A DNA stretch of 64,000 bases, taken from Convolutriloba macropyga (taxonomy: Eukaryota). The stretch covers positions 72,478,001 through 72,542,000 of the forward strand of contig NC_134472.1 in NCBI RefSeq assembly GCF_964194025.1. The letters are read 5' to 3'. A program made the position numbers and the translations under genes. Of the stretch, positions 52,124 to 63,425 are shown in pieces (the first letter of the stretch is position 1; each line of letters opens with the position of its first letter). The notes beneath the pieces were generated by a model. It ran no database searches. It had not been told where the DNA came from and saw only the letters and a list, made by a program, of their open reading frames with translations.

Positions 52124-53081
52124 AAGACGCTGAAATGTAACTGATTTTTTATAAAATGAGCAAAAAATCATTTAAATGCATAGTTTGCATGTATTACTCT
52201 TTATTTGAATAGATTTCGTCTTTCAGTAGTTTTTTATCGCCAACAAGAGATTATCGAGTACCTAGTGTAACGCATTTAGTTCACAACACTCCTCCGAATA
52301 TCGATTAAGGGGATAAGTCTCGCTCCCTTCCATCGGACATTCTCTAACACCTACTGTCACATCCATTTTGCCAAAAAAACGAATGCAATTAATATAGCGT
52401 TAGAGACAAGTAACACATTTTTCCATAGGCTAAATCAACACAGCCCAAATTTCATTTTCTGATCAGTTCACTTTATACAGATGTCGTAAAAACACTTGAA
52501 CTCTTTTTATAATTTGTACCATAAGCCGCGTCAGCCAAGCATTTAACTCTTTCGTCAATATTTAAAACCTTGAAAAAAAAAATGTTGAAAAGTAAAAGCG
52601 TATCTTTTCGTGTGCCGTAGCTAGCCCGCATTCTTCCGAGTATCTAGAAACAGACATTGCTGCGGACTCACTTATGCAAACTTACAAACACTCGCAATGC
52701 GCTGCATATACTCAAGAATTTGAGCGCAGTAAGAAACACTTTTTGAGAGCTGTTAAATCAAGCTACTTTTTAAAAAAAATGTTTAGCTGTCAGCGTACAT
52801 AGATTTAAAACAGTGACTTCTATAGCGTGTCCCATAAAATTGAAATAATCGACGTTTCATTTGCATGTTTCGGCGTTTTTCGAAATTTTCAATTATTCCA
52901 GCTTTATGAGACAGATTATACATAAGAGGACAAACTATTATCAGTTTCCTATTGTAACTGTTCGCGATAAAATCCATGCCGAAAATAAACAGTTGTAATT
53001 GCACGGACACGACTTTTTGCCAAAAAAGAGCGGATGCAATTTCTTCGACAGCAAAACACAGCATAAAATCAAGCTTTTAAA

Positions 53082-53395
53082 ATAAACCGACTAATGTCGG
53101 AAGAATTGCTCTCGAACGACAGGCGGGTTCGGGATTTGGACCATTGAGCTCCCGATCCCTATCCATACGCACTGCTCACTTGGTTATCAGGCCCTTCTTT
53201 GTCATATGCTGCAACCGATTTTATATTAGCAACAAGCTTTACTTCGGCGTGAGAGCAATAGAGATCACTCAAAATGGAGAACGAAAGCGTGAAAAAGTCA
53301 CTTGGGAAGTCAAAGAATGTTCTAGAAATAAAGCGCAAAAATGGTCCAGCGAAAAATTTACACGTTTACAATAATTGCTAGGAACTTCGTTCAAA
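53082..53395 (-). mobile_element. HINE family A with internal tRNA-like segment
   Basis: Hairpin CCGAC-TAAT-GTCGG (53087-53100), subTIR AATTGCTCTCGAACG, tRNA-like segment at about 53128-53195, shared body. Confidence 0.7.
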
Positions 53396-54324
53396 AGGAA
53401 ATAAACACACAATCAAAAGGGAACTACCAATCATTATAATCAAAACTAACTAATAACATTTTGCTTAAACATAATTTAAATACAATATACCAAATAGTTC
53501 TAACGATACCATCAAAACTTAATATATTCATTACACTCAAGCAACCACCCAAAAAGTGGCTTTACTTGACAAATAAAATCAGTGCTTGTTAGGGATTCAA
53601 GCATCCAAGTCGGAGAGATATATTAATTGGGAATTAAATACTTACAGTAATACAAATAACAATTGGTCATAAAAAGAGAAAACTGGGAAAAATGAGTTCG
53701 CAAAGCAGGAAAAATTGCCATTCCGGTGAGACCCGAAATACGGAAAACCCCTGAATTTTGTTCTCTAGTTACTGACACTGAAGTCATCGAATCTTCATCA
53801 CAAAGGAGTCATTATTATCAAAAGACCCCCCCCCCCCGTCTAAAATCCCTCCTTCGGATGCGCTTCTGTTTGAAATCAAGTGCTGACCCCTACACATTAA
53901 TTCGCATTCCTTAAAACAAAAATTCCAGAAGAAGAAGAACACTGCCATGTGCCAGATCAGGAAGCTCAGAAGAGTCAGTGCATGATCAGCAGTAGACTTT
54001 GTTGAAGACTTTTCTGTGGACAGACAATTCTGCATCGCACTAGATGTAAGATAGTCTTTAAGGGTGTCAACCCTTCATTTGTCGCGAGTTTTGTCAGATG
54101 GTTTTCAGGCGTTTTTTGTTTCAAATCGAATTAACTTCGTTTAAATTACCTGAAAATTGCAACATTTATTCGGGGAAAACTTTATTAATCCTGTCTCTTC
54201 ATTAAAAACCGGTACCAGTATACTAGCTTTATGAAAAATTAAGTTGAACAAGACGCGCAACAATTAGACCCACTTGAGTTAGAGGCACTGTCAAGAGCTC
54301 TGAATTCAAGCTACTTTTATAAAA

Positions 54325-54720
54325 CATAAACCAACTAATGTCGAAATAATTGCTCTCGAACGACAGGCGAGGCAATTTAATTCAGGGGCTGTAGCCTAGA
54401 TAAATTTTTCTTTATGGGTGCAAAAAAGTTTACCGCGCTGGGATTCGATCCATGGACCTCCCGAACCCTCACCAGAAGCACTGCCTACTCTGCTTCTTTT
54501 TTACTACGCAGCAATCGATTTTATATTAGAAACAAGCTTTACTTTAGCGTGAAAACTACAGAGATCACTAGAAAATGAAGAACAAAGCGTGAAAAAGTCA
54601 CTCGAGAAATCAAAGAATCTTCTAGAAGAAAAGCGCAAACACGGATAAGCAAAAAAAATTGCATGAAAAAGACAAACAAGTTAACAATAATTGCTACGAA
54701 CTTCCTTTGAGAGCAATTAA
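54325..54720 (-). mobile_element. HINE family A with internal tRNA-like segment
   Basis: subTIRs at 54348 and about 54705-54718; B-box-like GGATCGAATCC at about 54441-54451. Confidence 0.7.
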
Positions 54721-54854
54721 ACACATTTGTAACTAAACTTTAAACGTTCAACTTAAAAAAGCATATTAAAGTTGACAAACTGATAAATATACAAAAAGAT
54801 ATCGCAAAAATTTTGTATTGACATAAGTTTACAACAACTGCTTAACTTTGACCA

Positions 54855-54965
54855 AGATAGTAGAAAAAGAAGGGGGCCAAAAACGGATCCTTGCGGGAGA
54901 TCCGTTTTCATAGTTCTTTGCATCGAATATTTACCATTAATCAATACCTTTTGATAGTTCTTGCG
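54855..54965 (-). mobile_element. Non-LTR retrotransposon (LINE) RT fragment
   Basis: RKNYQKVLINGKYS...DLPQGSVFGPLLFLL corresponds to the PQGSVLGPLLF motif of CR1/L2/Jockey-type RTs. Confidence 0.75.
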
Positions 54966-55927
54966 GTGCCGTAGTGCGGGAGTGGAGACTAGGTTAATAA
55001 CAAATTAACTTATATAGAAATTCAATTCTTATGACGCAGCTCTGAATAAGTTATAGTGCCTTGTCTTTAAAATTATATACGATGCAGTGATGTCTCATAC
55101 TAGGGCATCGCTACTCATCTATTGGATTGTCCTACGCGTTCAAATTGAGGATTAAATCGTTCGCCATTTTAATTAGGGCTGTTTCTGTCTAGAACTTTGC
55201 TGTCAGAACAAATTTCTGGATAGACCTTTCTGTAAGTACTTCGTTAATTGCTAAATAGACTACTCTGCTAAATAGAAGTGTTCACGTTTTTGCATATGCC
55301 GCTCATTCTAACAGTTTTGAAATTTAACTTAGGTTTGAGATAGGTCGATATTTTGAAAAATCAAAATTTGCTTGCTTGTAGTGAGGCTCCGCAATATCTA
55401 TTTTAAAGGACTTGGGGAAAACATCTCACCTTCGGCGAAATATTTAGAGCTCTTAGGTCGAGAATATAGCAATCTGGAATAGATTTAACTAGAATTTGCA
55501 CAATTGCACAACTGACATTGAAAAGTGGTATCAAGTTATAATTCTTTACTTTCCGTCATTTATAAACTATCATTCCATCATAGTTGGCTAAAATAAAGAT
55601 TCAAATCATTAGATGTTTCATGAAACCGAAGTTTTCTATTATTTGCGTTCCTTCCTCAAAAATGAAAATATTCGTTAATTTTAGAATTGAATTTGAGACC
55701 GATAACTTCCCAATAAAGAGCATTAGCCGTTTGATTAACAATTTCAAAACAGATTAAGTTTTGGGTTTTAAGTTTACCCAGTTGAAACAAATAGCCAGCA
55801 GTAACAGATTTATTACACAAGAATTCTTCACACGCTAATTTTGCACGTCACTGCCGCGAACTTCCAGAAAAATTGGAAGGAATCCAAATAATTCGCTGCT
55901 CATTTTCGAAGCGCAAGATCGAGTAAC

Positions 55928-56884
55928 TTATTTGCCAAAATCGCTGTTAAAGTTGTCCTTGAAATAATCCATAAATTGAGACATTGATTGACAGGCAAGA
56001 ATATTAAGTCTTTCCGATTTACTGCAATTTCGCTCAATCATCCAATAAAACAACTTTTTAAACGAAACGAAATTAAATCCGTATTTGATACACAAAGTCA
56101 GAAAATCTTCAATGCAACAAAGAGGAGTATTTTCATAACCCGCAAATAAAGCGGGGTTTTCTAATAACCCGCGGGCTGACATAATGCCCTTGGCTTTAGT
56201 CAAATCAGCTATTTTATGGTAATCATTCAGATTAAAACAATCGCCATTGGCTATGACAGGAACTTGTAAAGATTTCACAATCTCAGCCAATTGGTCATGC
56301 TCGGCCGGCTCCGAGCGCATTTTATGCGTTCGCGAATGGATACCAATAAATGAAACTCCGCAACTTTCAATTTGCCGGTAAAGATCAATAGTTTCGCTCA
56401 GGTTGTCTAACAATCGCAGTTTAACTGAAATTGTAAAGGCTGATTCATGTTGAACTTGGTTGTTAAACTGTCGAACTATTTCAAAAATTTTCCGAGGCGA
56501 GTAAAGAAGTGAGGCTCCATAGCCATCATGCATAGCCCATCGTTGTGGGCATCCACAATTTAGGTCAACGCCATCGCAATATCCAACTACTAACTGGCTA
56601 GCTTGTACAAAATCATCAACGGTATTAGCCGCGAATTGAGTTATAACAGGTCCTTTTTCATCTTGACATGTAATGAACTCGTGTGACCTTTTAGCTGCTG
56701 ATGCTCTAAAGCTGTCTGACATTATCATTGATGTGTACGTGACGTCACAGCCATATTTTCTGACTAGCATTCGAAATGGGAGCTTTGAAAAGCGTACCAT
56801 AGGAGCGCATATTTTTAAAGGCCATTCAGACTCCAAAAGAAGTCTGCGTGTATCTACTGCCGGTCGTTTGGGCAATTCATACAT
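55928..56884 (-). CDS. DUS4L: tRNA-dihydrouridine(20a/20b) synthase, DUS4-like; intronless CDS
   Basis: KICAPMVRFSKLPFRMLVRKYGCD, QFAAN, GVDLNCGCPQRWAMHDGYGASL, SVKLRL, IHSRT, VPVIANGD, GIMSARGLLENPALF; first ATG at 56884. Confidence 0.93.
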   Translation of the reverse strand: MYELPKRPAVDTRRLLLESEWPLKICAPMVRFSKLPFRMLVRKYGCDVTYTSMIMSDSFRASAAKRSHEFITCQDEKGPVITQFAANTVDDFVQASQLVVGYCDGVDLNCGCPQRWAMHDGYGASLLYSPRKIFEIVRQFNNQVQHESAFTISVKLRLLDNLSETIDLYRQIESCGVSFIGIHSRTHKMRSEPAEHDQLAEIVKSLQVPVIANGDCFNLNDYHKIADLTKAKGIMSARGLLENPALFAGYENTPLCCIEDFLTLCIKYGFNFVSFKKLFYWMIERNCSKSERLNILACQSMSQFMDYFKDNFNSDFGK

Positions 56885-57634
56885 TTCGATTTTGCTGAAA
56901 TAAATTACGGTAGAGTTATGCTGATAAACTGTAACATGTATTAGACAAAATAACAATAAGCAAGCCTATGCAACTAATACTACACGGTTGAAATTATACA
57001 ATTTCCACAGTTTTTGTTAAGACTGCAATGGTGGTAGTGGTGGTGGCTTCTATTTAGGGCTGTATAAATTTCCACTATTTTTCTATAATTTATTCAACCG
57101 CAGACCAAAATGCATTCCGAGAGAAAATTCCCCAGAGGGAATTGATTGCGCAACGCTCCCTCTCAACAGACACGACAAATTCGATTTTTCCCCAATCTTA
57201 TACCAAATCGCTTTTTTCTTTTCCATGTACAGAGCGGAAAAGAAAGATGTCTTGCTCTTTCCTGACTCAGCTCCCATTACCACACGCGCCTCAAGTACTA
57301 TTTATATAGTCTAAGAGGAATTGCAGGTGAAAGGGGAACATTACTTCCAGCCAGTGCTCAGCTTGCCTGTATCTGAACAGCCACCGGACTTGGCAAAAAC
57401 AAATTAAGTTCACATACATCATCATACATATAATATTGGCTATTCATTGCTTGCATGTTATTACATCCACTGCCGGGCTTTCCCCACCACAACCAGGAAA
57501 AATATCACTAAAAATTTCAGCTTAACAATTAGTTCCCCATTCATTATTCAAACACTTACAATACGCTTACAGTTTATTCCCCGTTTTCAAATCCTTGTTA
57601 TTTAAGCACTCATTCAAAATTAATTCGAATCGAC

Positions 57635-57768
57635 ATGTTCTCTGACAATGATGACGAGGCGTACAATGAAGCAACAATGAAAGTAGCAGCTGATGGAAAG
57701 CAGAACACAATGGCAAAAACCCCTGACTCAGGACATGACCAGGCATCAACTTATGCAAGCATAGCGAG
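57635..57768 (+). CDS. Probable first coding exon of a gene divergent from DUS4L
   Basis: ATG-initiated MFSDNDDEAYNEATMKVAADGKQNTMAKTPDSGHDQASTYASIA ending at GAG|gtaact. Confidence 0.4.
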
Positions 57769-58421
57769 GTAACTTTTTGCCTAATAAACTGCAAAATTTT
57801 AATTGATGCACATTCAGCCTAATAAACTGCAAAATTTTAATTGATGCACATTCAATTCCAATGAATTCCATTATACAAGTGTGACCAGTAATCATTTGAA
57901 AAAATGCTTCGAAAAATAACGATATGAAAAAATGAATCTCAAATTGAGAAAGTTGGGAGGTTTCAGCCACCTCAAAATACCAAAAAATGATTATTATTAA
58001 TAACCCCGAGGGATATTGATCTCGCGGTTTCTTGCAATTCGACCTATTGAAACGCATTGGGGCGTTTTATCTTCTTTTTACGACTCCGAGGAATAATGAC
58101 GAGCAGTCTTTCTTGAATCGATAATTTTGATCAAGTGTATTTCAAATAGAATAAAGAAAATGCTCGGGTCAAATTGCTCGCCCAAATGAATACTCTGTTT
58201 AATAGGAAATAAAGATTAAAACTTTTGTTTAACTTTTGTACAGCTGTTTGCTGAAATCTAATAAAAGCAGGTCAAGTAGAGAAACCTCTCCCCTAGATGG
58301 TGCAGTTGATGAGCAAAATAGATTAAATAAGCAAAATAAGATTAAATAATTAGAAGCAAATTATATCAGGACTCCGATATGAAGTAATGAAGTCCAACAA
58401 TAATGGTCTCCCCTCTACAAC

Positions 58422-59401
58422 TGTAATATCCGTGCACTGTGTACGGTTACGGGTTGGGGGTTTTTCTATAGCACTTTAAAACCTCGGGGTTACTGATGAA
58501 AATCTTCTAAGACTTTAATTAATTATGAAGCTGTAAATATTCAAACTGTTCAATATAATTTACCACGGTGATAGAACCGATATTGGATACTGGCAAAACT
58601 GAGGATAAAACTCACTCATTGAACAATAAACCTACCTTCAGAGTTGATCACTCAATTAGATCTTCATTTATTTGAAACAATTCTCTTCTGCTTTTATCTA
58701 CTTATTAATTAAACTTCAATCCTTGTATTTTAAACAAGTACCACGCTCAACTACAAAAGATAATACATATTGCGCACGGGCGGCTGCTATAGAATTAGAA
58801 TTATTGGTCAAAATTACCAAAAGTTTCAAAAGATTAGAAGGTGTAAAGCTAATAAGAGAAAGGCAGCTCAATTATATGAGGTTTAGTTTTGAATATGGTC
58901 TTTGGTTTCGGTCCTATCAATGGTTGATTAATCGGGTCTTTCCCACTATAGCCCCCCCCCCCCGCTTAGTGGTCAGATAACCTATAGCCCCCCCAATCAT
59001 GGCAAATATACCACAATGGGGGGCTATATTTTCATGGGGGGCTATAATGGGAAAGACCCGACTAACCTTAGGTTATTTTTACCCTTTTTCTTTAATCTCT
59101 TTGGGATTTTCTCATAGTTATTTTCTACCGCACGGGTCCCTGTTAGTTAAACTAACAGATAACAGGTTTACCTGCCTGACGAATCCCGTCAAGAACAAAC
59201 ATTCCTTGACGTTTCCCGTCAAGATGACATTCCGTGATGATTCCCATCATTATTTATGATGCTTTCTTTATATTTTTAAAATCCGGTTTACTCTTAGTAA
59301 CCATCTCTTTTTGTTCTCCCATTTATTGTGAAAATTTCGAATTGTCCGTTCACTATGTATTTTATGAGCATGTCATACATTAAGTTCTATGGTTTACTAC
59401 A
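58422..59401 (-). repeat. 3' LTR (980 bp; about 240 bp extra at 58557-58790 relative to the 5' LTR)
   Basis: Collinear with 61319-62062; preceded on the minus strand by the PPT. Confidence 0.85.
58934..59059. mobile_element. GG-MITE inside the 3' LTR
   Basis: GGGTCTTTCCCACTATAGCCCC..GGGGCTATAATGGGAAAGACCC; TSD gattaatc/gactaacc. Confidence 0.85.
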
Positions 59402-59438
59402 CTGCCTCCCTCTTAGAAAATGTGAGTGTTCCACTCAC

Positions 59439-59726
59439 TCACATGCAAGAGTGACAAAGGTCCATTTTTGAGTTCATGTATTCCTCTGCTTCTTCAATCC
59501 CGTGCTTGTCATAAATATTACGGGCCTCCTCATCTTCCATAATTGTCTTTGCCTGAAGAATAATTTTGCACAGGTCTTCCCGACCACCCTTGTCCGGATG
59601 ACAGAGCATTGCCAACGCTTTGAAATGTTTCTGGATAGTACTGGCTGTGGCTCCCTGTGGAAGGAATAGAAGCTCATAAAAGTTCGGAGGTCGACTGAAC
59701 GGGATCTGCGCGTTGATCCCCTCCAT
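59439..59726 (-). CDS. DnaJ (J) domain; C-terminal part of a larger, disrupted coiled-coil + J-domain ORF (about 60270-59439)
   Basis: NFYELLFLPQGATASTIQKHFKALAMLCHPDKGGREDLCKIILQAKTIMEDEEARNIYDKHG is a complete J domain with HPD. The upstream in-frame heptad-rich sequence (RRQVEILKKELAKVTEELAEV) is interrupted by TGA and TAG. Confidence 0.88.
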   Translation of the reverse strand: MEGINAQIPFSRPPNFYELLFLPQGATASTIQKHFKALAMLCHPDKGGREDLCKIILQAKTIMEDEEARNIYDKHGIEEAEEYMNSKMDLCHSCM

Positions 59727-60309
59727 TCTCCTCTGGATGACCTTCTTTGAGGTCTGTTCCGTTCTTACCTAGTCCTTAGTTTTCTTATATCTATCTCAGA
59801 ATTCTCCACCAACCTCCGCCAACTCCTCAGTAACTTTCGCCAACTCCTTCTTCAATATTTCCACCTGCCTCCTGCAGGACTCCCGATGATTCGAAGCGTA
59901 TTCAAGCAGTCGTTTGGTCTCAAGCAATAAGCAATTGATCGCTTAACCTTTGACTTTCAAGTTTTAACTGCCGGAGCACCTCTTCGAGCCGAGCCCCGGC
60001 AGTTCCCAGCATTTCCCTGATGTCAAACTTCTTTTAATGTTCCTCGGTTCTCTGATGCATCCCATCTAACTCCATGAAACTATTTGCGGCTCTATCCACT
60101 ATAATGGGTGGTTGCAGCTGCGTCAATGGCATCACGTGTCTTTTTTTTGAGGTCACTCCAACAATCCGATACACTTGGTGCCTGACTATCGACCTGACCT
60201 CGAACAACTCGGGTAGATACTAGCAAAAATCGCCAATTTTTGGTGCTGCCAATCCTACATCTCACACATTTAAATTAATCTAATGTGTCAATCTAAATTT
60301 CTTTCACAT

Positions 60310-61263
60310 CTGGTACAGATTTAGCCTTCTTTGCTTTTATAATACAATGTCTGTATTACCATCAAACAGTTCAACTGTTCCTTTTCTTGTCAATTTTTGT
60401 TCCCTAGTACGTTGTTTTAGATGATGAAAATAACCTAGTGCCCCCATTGGGTTAATGGTTTGCAGAGCAGTCACAGGATTGGTGCCACTGCGTAGCATAT
60501 TGATTGAAAAAAACACACGTACCAAACAAAGTTTGATTTTTAATGCAATAAAAATAGTCATCAAACTGATGGTTATTTCCCTGGCCACATGCCAGAGTTG
60601 TTTCACTTCACTACTTGTTTCACTTCACTACAGGTATTCAAAAGTTAACATTTCATGCCACTGGGGATTGTACTTCAAGCACCTGTTGAAATACTCTAGA
60701 GTATCATGCTCATATAAACCTCCTTGTCCCAGGAAAACTTCTCTTCCTGTAATCGTGTTTCTTGTATGCCTTAATCTTTGGGCCCTCTTGCTGAGTTCAA
60801 GGTCTTTGTCATTGAAAAACACTTTCATTGGAGCGGATGTTGACCATTTGACGTTAACTCTGTAATTATGCATATCATTGTGGTTATCAATCAATTGTTT
60901 TCGTCTGCCATATGTTATCCATGACCCATTCTGCAGTTCAAGAGCACCCGGGTACATGGGGTTGCAATTAATTAGTGTGAAATTTCTATAGAATACTCTA
61001 GAAATAGGGTCCATGTATCTAATTCCTTCTGAACTGTTGTAAGAAGACAACCTAATTGGTACTTCCTCGGTACAAAACTGGTTTTCGACAACATGTACGA
61101 TAACTTTAGCGCACCTATGGACATAAAGTATTTTTCCCGCTCTTTCTGCGTGTGAACCAAGAGCGTTTTGTTGATTTAGGAAAATTTGAGGTGAGTTTCC
61201 ATTAATTGGTGTCGGCAAAATCATAGCTCTGTGCAGTGTTTCTATGTGACAGTTTAATAACAC
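60310..61263 (-). pseudogene. Envelope glycoprotein, C-terminal half (chuvirus G / herpes gB-like class III fusogen)
   Basis: G.....AG..LYVHRC.KV.V......C..EVPI.........YMDP.SR.......NC.P.YP......GSW pattern, then a hydrophobic TM segment (ITISLMTIFIALKIKLCLVRVFFSI) after two stops at about 60628; N-terminal half missing. Confidence 0.75.
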
Positions 61264-61318
61264 TATTTGTTTAAAATTTTCAAAATTTTAAATTGTTTTT
61301 TTAAATCTCTGTTGCCAG

Positions 61319-62062
61319 TGTAATATCCGTGAACTGTGTACGGTTACGGGTTGGGATGGGGGTTTTTCTAAAGCCCTTTAAAACCTCGGGGTTACTGATG
61401 AAAATCTTTTAAGACTTTAATTAATTATGAAGCTGTAAATATTCAAACTGTTCAATATAGAGTTAAAATTATTGGTCAAAAATACTATAAGTTTCAAAAG
61501 ATTAGAAGGTGTAAAGCTAATAAGAGAAAGGCAGCTCATTTATATGAGGTTTAGTTCTGAATATGGTCTTTGGAATTAGTCCTATCGATGGTTGATTAAT
61601 CGGGTCTTTCCCACTATAGCCCCTCCAGCTTAGTGGTCAGATAACCTATAGCCCCCCAATTATGACAAATATACCATAATGGGGGGCTATATTTCATGGG
61701 GGGCTATAATGGAAGAGACCCGATTAATCTTAGGTTGTTTTTACCCATTTTCTTTAATCCCTTGGGATTTTCTCATAGTTATTTTCTACCGCACGGGTCC
61801 CTGTTAGTTAAACTAACAGATAACAGGTTTACCTGACTGACGAATCCCGTCAAGAACAAACATTCCTTGACCATTCCCGTCAAGATGACTTTCCGTGATG
61901 ATTCCCATCAATTTTTATGATGCTTTCTTTATCTTGTTAAAATCCGGTTCACTCTTAGTAACCATCTCTTTCTGTTCTCCCATATATTGTGAAAATTTCG
62001 AATTGTGCGTTCACTATGTATTTTAAGAGCATGTCGTACATCAAGTTCTATGGTTTACTACA
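61319..62062 (-). repeat. 5' LTR (744 bp)
   Basis: TG..CA termini; followed on the minus strand by a TGG-starting PBS-like sequence. Confidence 0.85.
61602..61721. mobile_element. Same GG-MITE at the equivalent site in the 5' LTR
   Basis: Perfect TSD gattaatc on both sides. Confidence 0.88.
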
Positions 62063-62406
62063 AAACTACTGTTCCTATCGATGAGTTGACAGTAGATCGT
62101 CGTTTGAGCGAGTGAGATCAACGAGTGAGACCCATATGATTGAGAATAGCAACAACGCGAAGCTTATCTTGGTTCATATATTGGAGTTCATTTTGTCACT
62201 CACAATTTTTATATCCTATAGTAGTAGTAGTGCAGGATTTAGATTAAGACTCTTGAGTTTCCACCCAATTTACAGTTCAGATCAATTTTATCTTCTTTAC
62301 TATGTTACAGTTTCCACATCTGCAAACCACTCTCCATGTGCATTTTTTCTCTTCCACATAATGATTTGTGAAAAAATTCTAGAATATTTTCTTTAAGATA
62401 ATTTCA

Positions 62407-63340
62407 TTAGGGTCTCTCATAATCATTCGCAACTCTAGAAATGTAGTTGAGGAGCAATTTCGATCTCCAATGCTTGTCATAAATATTACGGGCCTCCTCA
62501 TCTTCCATAATTTTCTTTGCATGAAGAATAATTTTGCACAGGTCTTCCCGACCACCCTTGTCCGGATGACAGAGCATTGCCAACGTTTTGAAATGTTTCT
62601 GGATAGTACTGGCTGTGGCTCCCTGTGGAAGGAATAGAAGCTCATAAAAGTTCGGAGGTCAACTGAACGGGCTCTGCGCGTTGATCCCCTCCATTCTCCT
62701 CTGGATGACCTTCTTTGAGGTCTGTTCCGTTCTTACCTAGTCCTTAGTTTTCTTATATCTATCTCAGCATTCTCCACCAACCTCCGCCAACTCCTCAGTA
62801 ACTTTCGCCAACTCCTTCTTCAATATTTCCACCTGCCTCCTGCAGGACTCCCGATGATTCGCAGCGTATTCAAGCAGTCGTTTGGTCTCAAGCAATAAGC
62901 AATTGATCGCTTAACCTTTGACTTTCAAGTTTTAACTGCCGGAGCACCTGTTCAAGCCGAGCCCCGGCAGTTCCCAGCATTTCCCTGATGTCAAACTTCT
63001 TTTAATATTCCTCGATTCTCTGATGCATCCCATGAAACTATTTGCGGCTCTATCCACTATAATGGGTGGTTGCAGCTGCGTCAATGGCATCACGTGTCTT
63101 TTTTTGAGGTCACTTTTTTTGGTGCTGCCATTCCTACATCTCACATATTTAAATTAATCTAATGTGTCAATCTCAATTTCTGTCATATCTGGTACAGATT
63201 TAGCCTTTTTTGCTTTTATAATACATTGTCTGTATTACCATCAAACAGTTCAACTGTTCCTTTTCTTGTCAATTTTTGTTCCCTAGTACGTTGTTTTAGA
63301 TGATGAAAATAACCTAGTGCCCCCATTGGGTCAATGGGTT
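62407..63340 (-). pseudogene. Second copy of env tail + coiled-coil/J-domain module (extra stop codon; J truncated after DKH)
   Basis: Near-identical to 59500-60460 with small deletions. Confidence 0.85.
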
Positions 63341-63425
63341 GCAAATCACTCTCCATGTGCACTTATTCTCTTCCACATAATGATTTGTGAAAAAGTTCTA
63401 GAATATTTTCTTTAAGATAATTTCA

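Larger units (their letters stand above)
58422..62062 (-). mobile_element. Internally deleted LTR retroelement carrying a gB-like env remnant and a J-domain ORF
   Basis: Direct repeats TGTAAT..ACTACA at 58422-59401 and 61319-62062; PPT AAGAGGGAGGCAG at about 59402-59414; PBS-like cTGGCAACAG at about 61309-61318; 4-bp flanks caac/aaac; no gag or pol between the LTRs. Confidence 0.85.

Noticed and set aside
57779-57854. Exact 38-bp tandem duplication
   Set aside because: An ordinary local slippage duplication in intronic sequence.
59439-59726. Polyomavirus T-antigen remnant because of HPDKGG
   Set aside because: No LxCxE, origin-binding or helicase region; the remainder follows the cellular DnaJ pattern (..R..YD..G).
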